Origin: an uncultured Deinococcales bacterium
Lineage (GTDB): Bacteria > Deinococcota > Deinococci > Deinococcales > JAAFIG01
Reading direction: 5' to 3'
DNA length: 25,485 bases
NCBI GenBank assembly: GCA_964244895.1
Contig: CAXTKV010000054.1
Location: 1-25,485 of the forward strand
In this document: positions 24,880 through 25,485 of the stretch, one piece after another
Layout of the letters: each line of letters opens with the position of its first letter
Numbering within the stretch: position 1 is the first letter of the stretch
Translations under genes and position numbers: made by a program
The notes under the pieces: generated by a model
Databases searched by the model: none
What the model saw: the letters and a program-made list of their open reading frames with translations, nothing else
What the model was told of the DNA's origin: nothing

Positions 24880-25485
24880 ATGTCTGAAGCCACCGACCAG
24901 AACACACCCGCCGCGACCTCACGCCCGAAGAAACGAGGGTCGTTGGCGGGCGATGTTTCATCGCAGTTGGCGGTGCAGTTGCTGATGCGCTTGGTGACGG
25001 GCGTGACCGCGATCTTCTTTTACCGGCACATCTCCCCCGCCGACCTGGGTTTGCTCAGCACCGCGCTGGCCTTCGCGGGCTTCGCCAATTACTTCACCGA
25101 TATGGGGTTCAACCCCGTGCTGGTGCGCGAGGCCGCCGCCGCCGACTTCGAGCGGCGGCGCAAGCTGGTCTGGACTTCGATCCGATCCCGCCTGGTGTTG
25201 ACGGCGATCGTGACGCTGATCTCGTTCGTGGCGGTCGGGTTTATTTCCCGCGATCCGCAACTGGTCTTCCTGGTTCGGGTGCTGTTGATTCTGACGGCGG
25301 TTTCCGCAATGGTCATCAACTGGGTCGAGGGCGCGATGCAGGGCACGGAACACGTCGCGCTGGCGGGTTATCTGCGTCTGGCGCACGCGACTGCGCAATC
25401 CCTGGCGACGCTGGCGGTGGTGGTGTTCAATGGCGGGCTGACGCAGTACGTGATCTTTCAGGGCGTGGCCAACTGGAGCATCGTG
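24880..25485 (+). CDS. Wzx-type oligosaccharide flippase (MOP superfamily), 3' truncated by the window end
   Basis: Manual translation MSEATDQ...LAVQLLMRLVTGVTAIFFYRHISPADLGLLSTALAFAGFANYFTDMGFNPVLVRE...; multiple TM helices; open to the end of the window; follows WbaP-like and Wzc-like genes. Confidence 0.85.
   Translation, partial: MSEATDQNTPAATSRPKKRGSLAGDVSSQLAVQLLMRLVTGVTAIFFYRHISPADLGLLSTALAFAGFANYFTDMGFNPVLVREAAAADFERRRKLVWTSIRSRLVLTAIVTLISFVAVGFISRDPQLVFLVRVLLILTAVSAMVINWVEGAMQGTEHVALAGYLRLAHATAQSLATLAVVVFNGGLTQYVIFQGVANWSIV

Overview
GC-rich (about 64%) bacterial chromosomal window, most consistent with Deinococcota. That assignment is an inference from leaderless TANNNT-start promoters and the DinB/GNAT family expansions. 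Left to right it holds: a 3'-truncated secreted CxxCH protein with DxDxDG repeats; a PP2C phosphatase / membrane-anchored Hanks kinase-NHL pair (minus strand); a 638-aa hypothetical coupled to a stand-alone SRA/YDG-like gene; a 40-codon leader ORF and a RIO1 kinase; two DinB genes; seven GNAT acetyltransferases (five tandem-domain paralogs) and an APH-type phosphotransferase; a hypothetical; a third DinB; a PfkB kinase; and the start of a Wzx/Wzy polysaccharide locus (rfbF, PIG-L, Wzc-like, WbaP-like, Wzx). The most notable non-coding signals are four. (1) A REP/REPIN-like palindrome family, AACACCGTCCNGSACGGTGTT, occurs in about 14 intergenic loci. (2) CTCGAG is over-represented roughly tenfold. 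(3) A self-contained, highly structured ~225-nt minus-strand transcript (18151-17927) starts with a 17-nt near-perfect complement of the 16S rRNA 3' end. (4) A second rod-like RNA candidate lies at ~6450-6607. No transposase, integrase, CRISPR array, tRNA or rRNA gene is seen.
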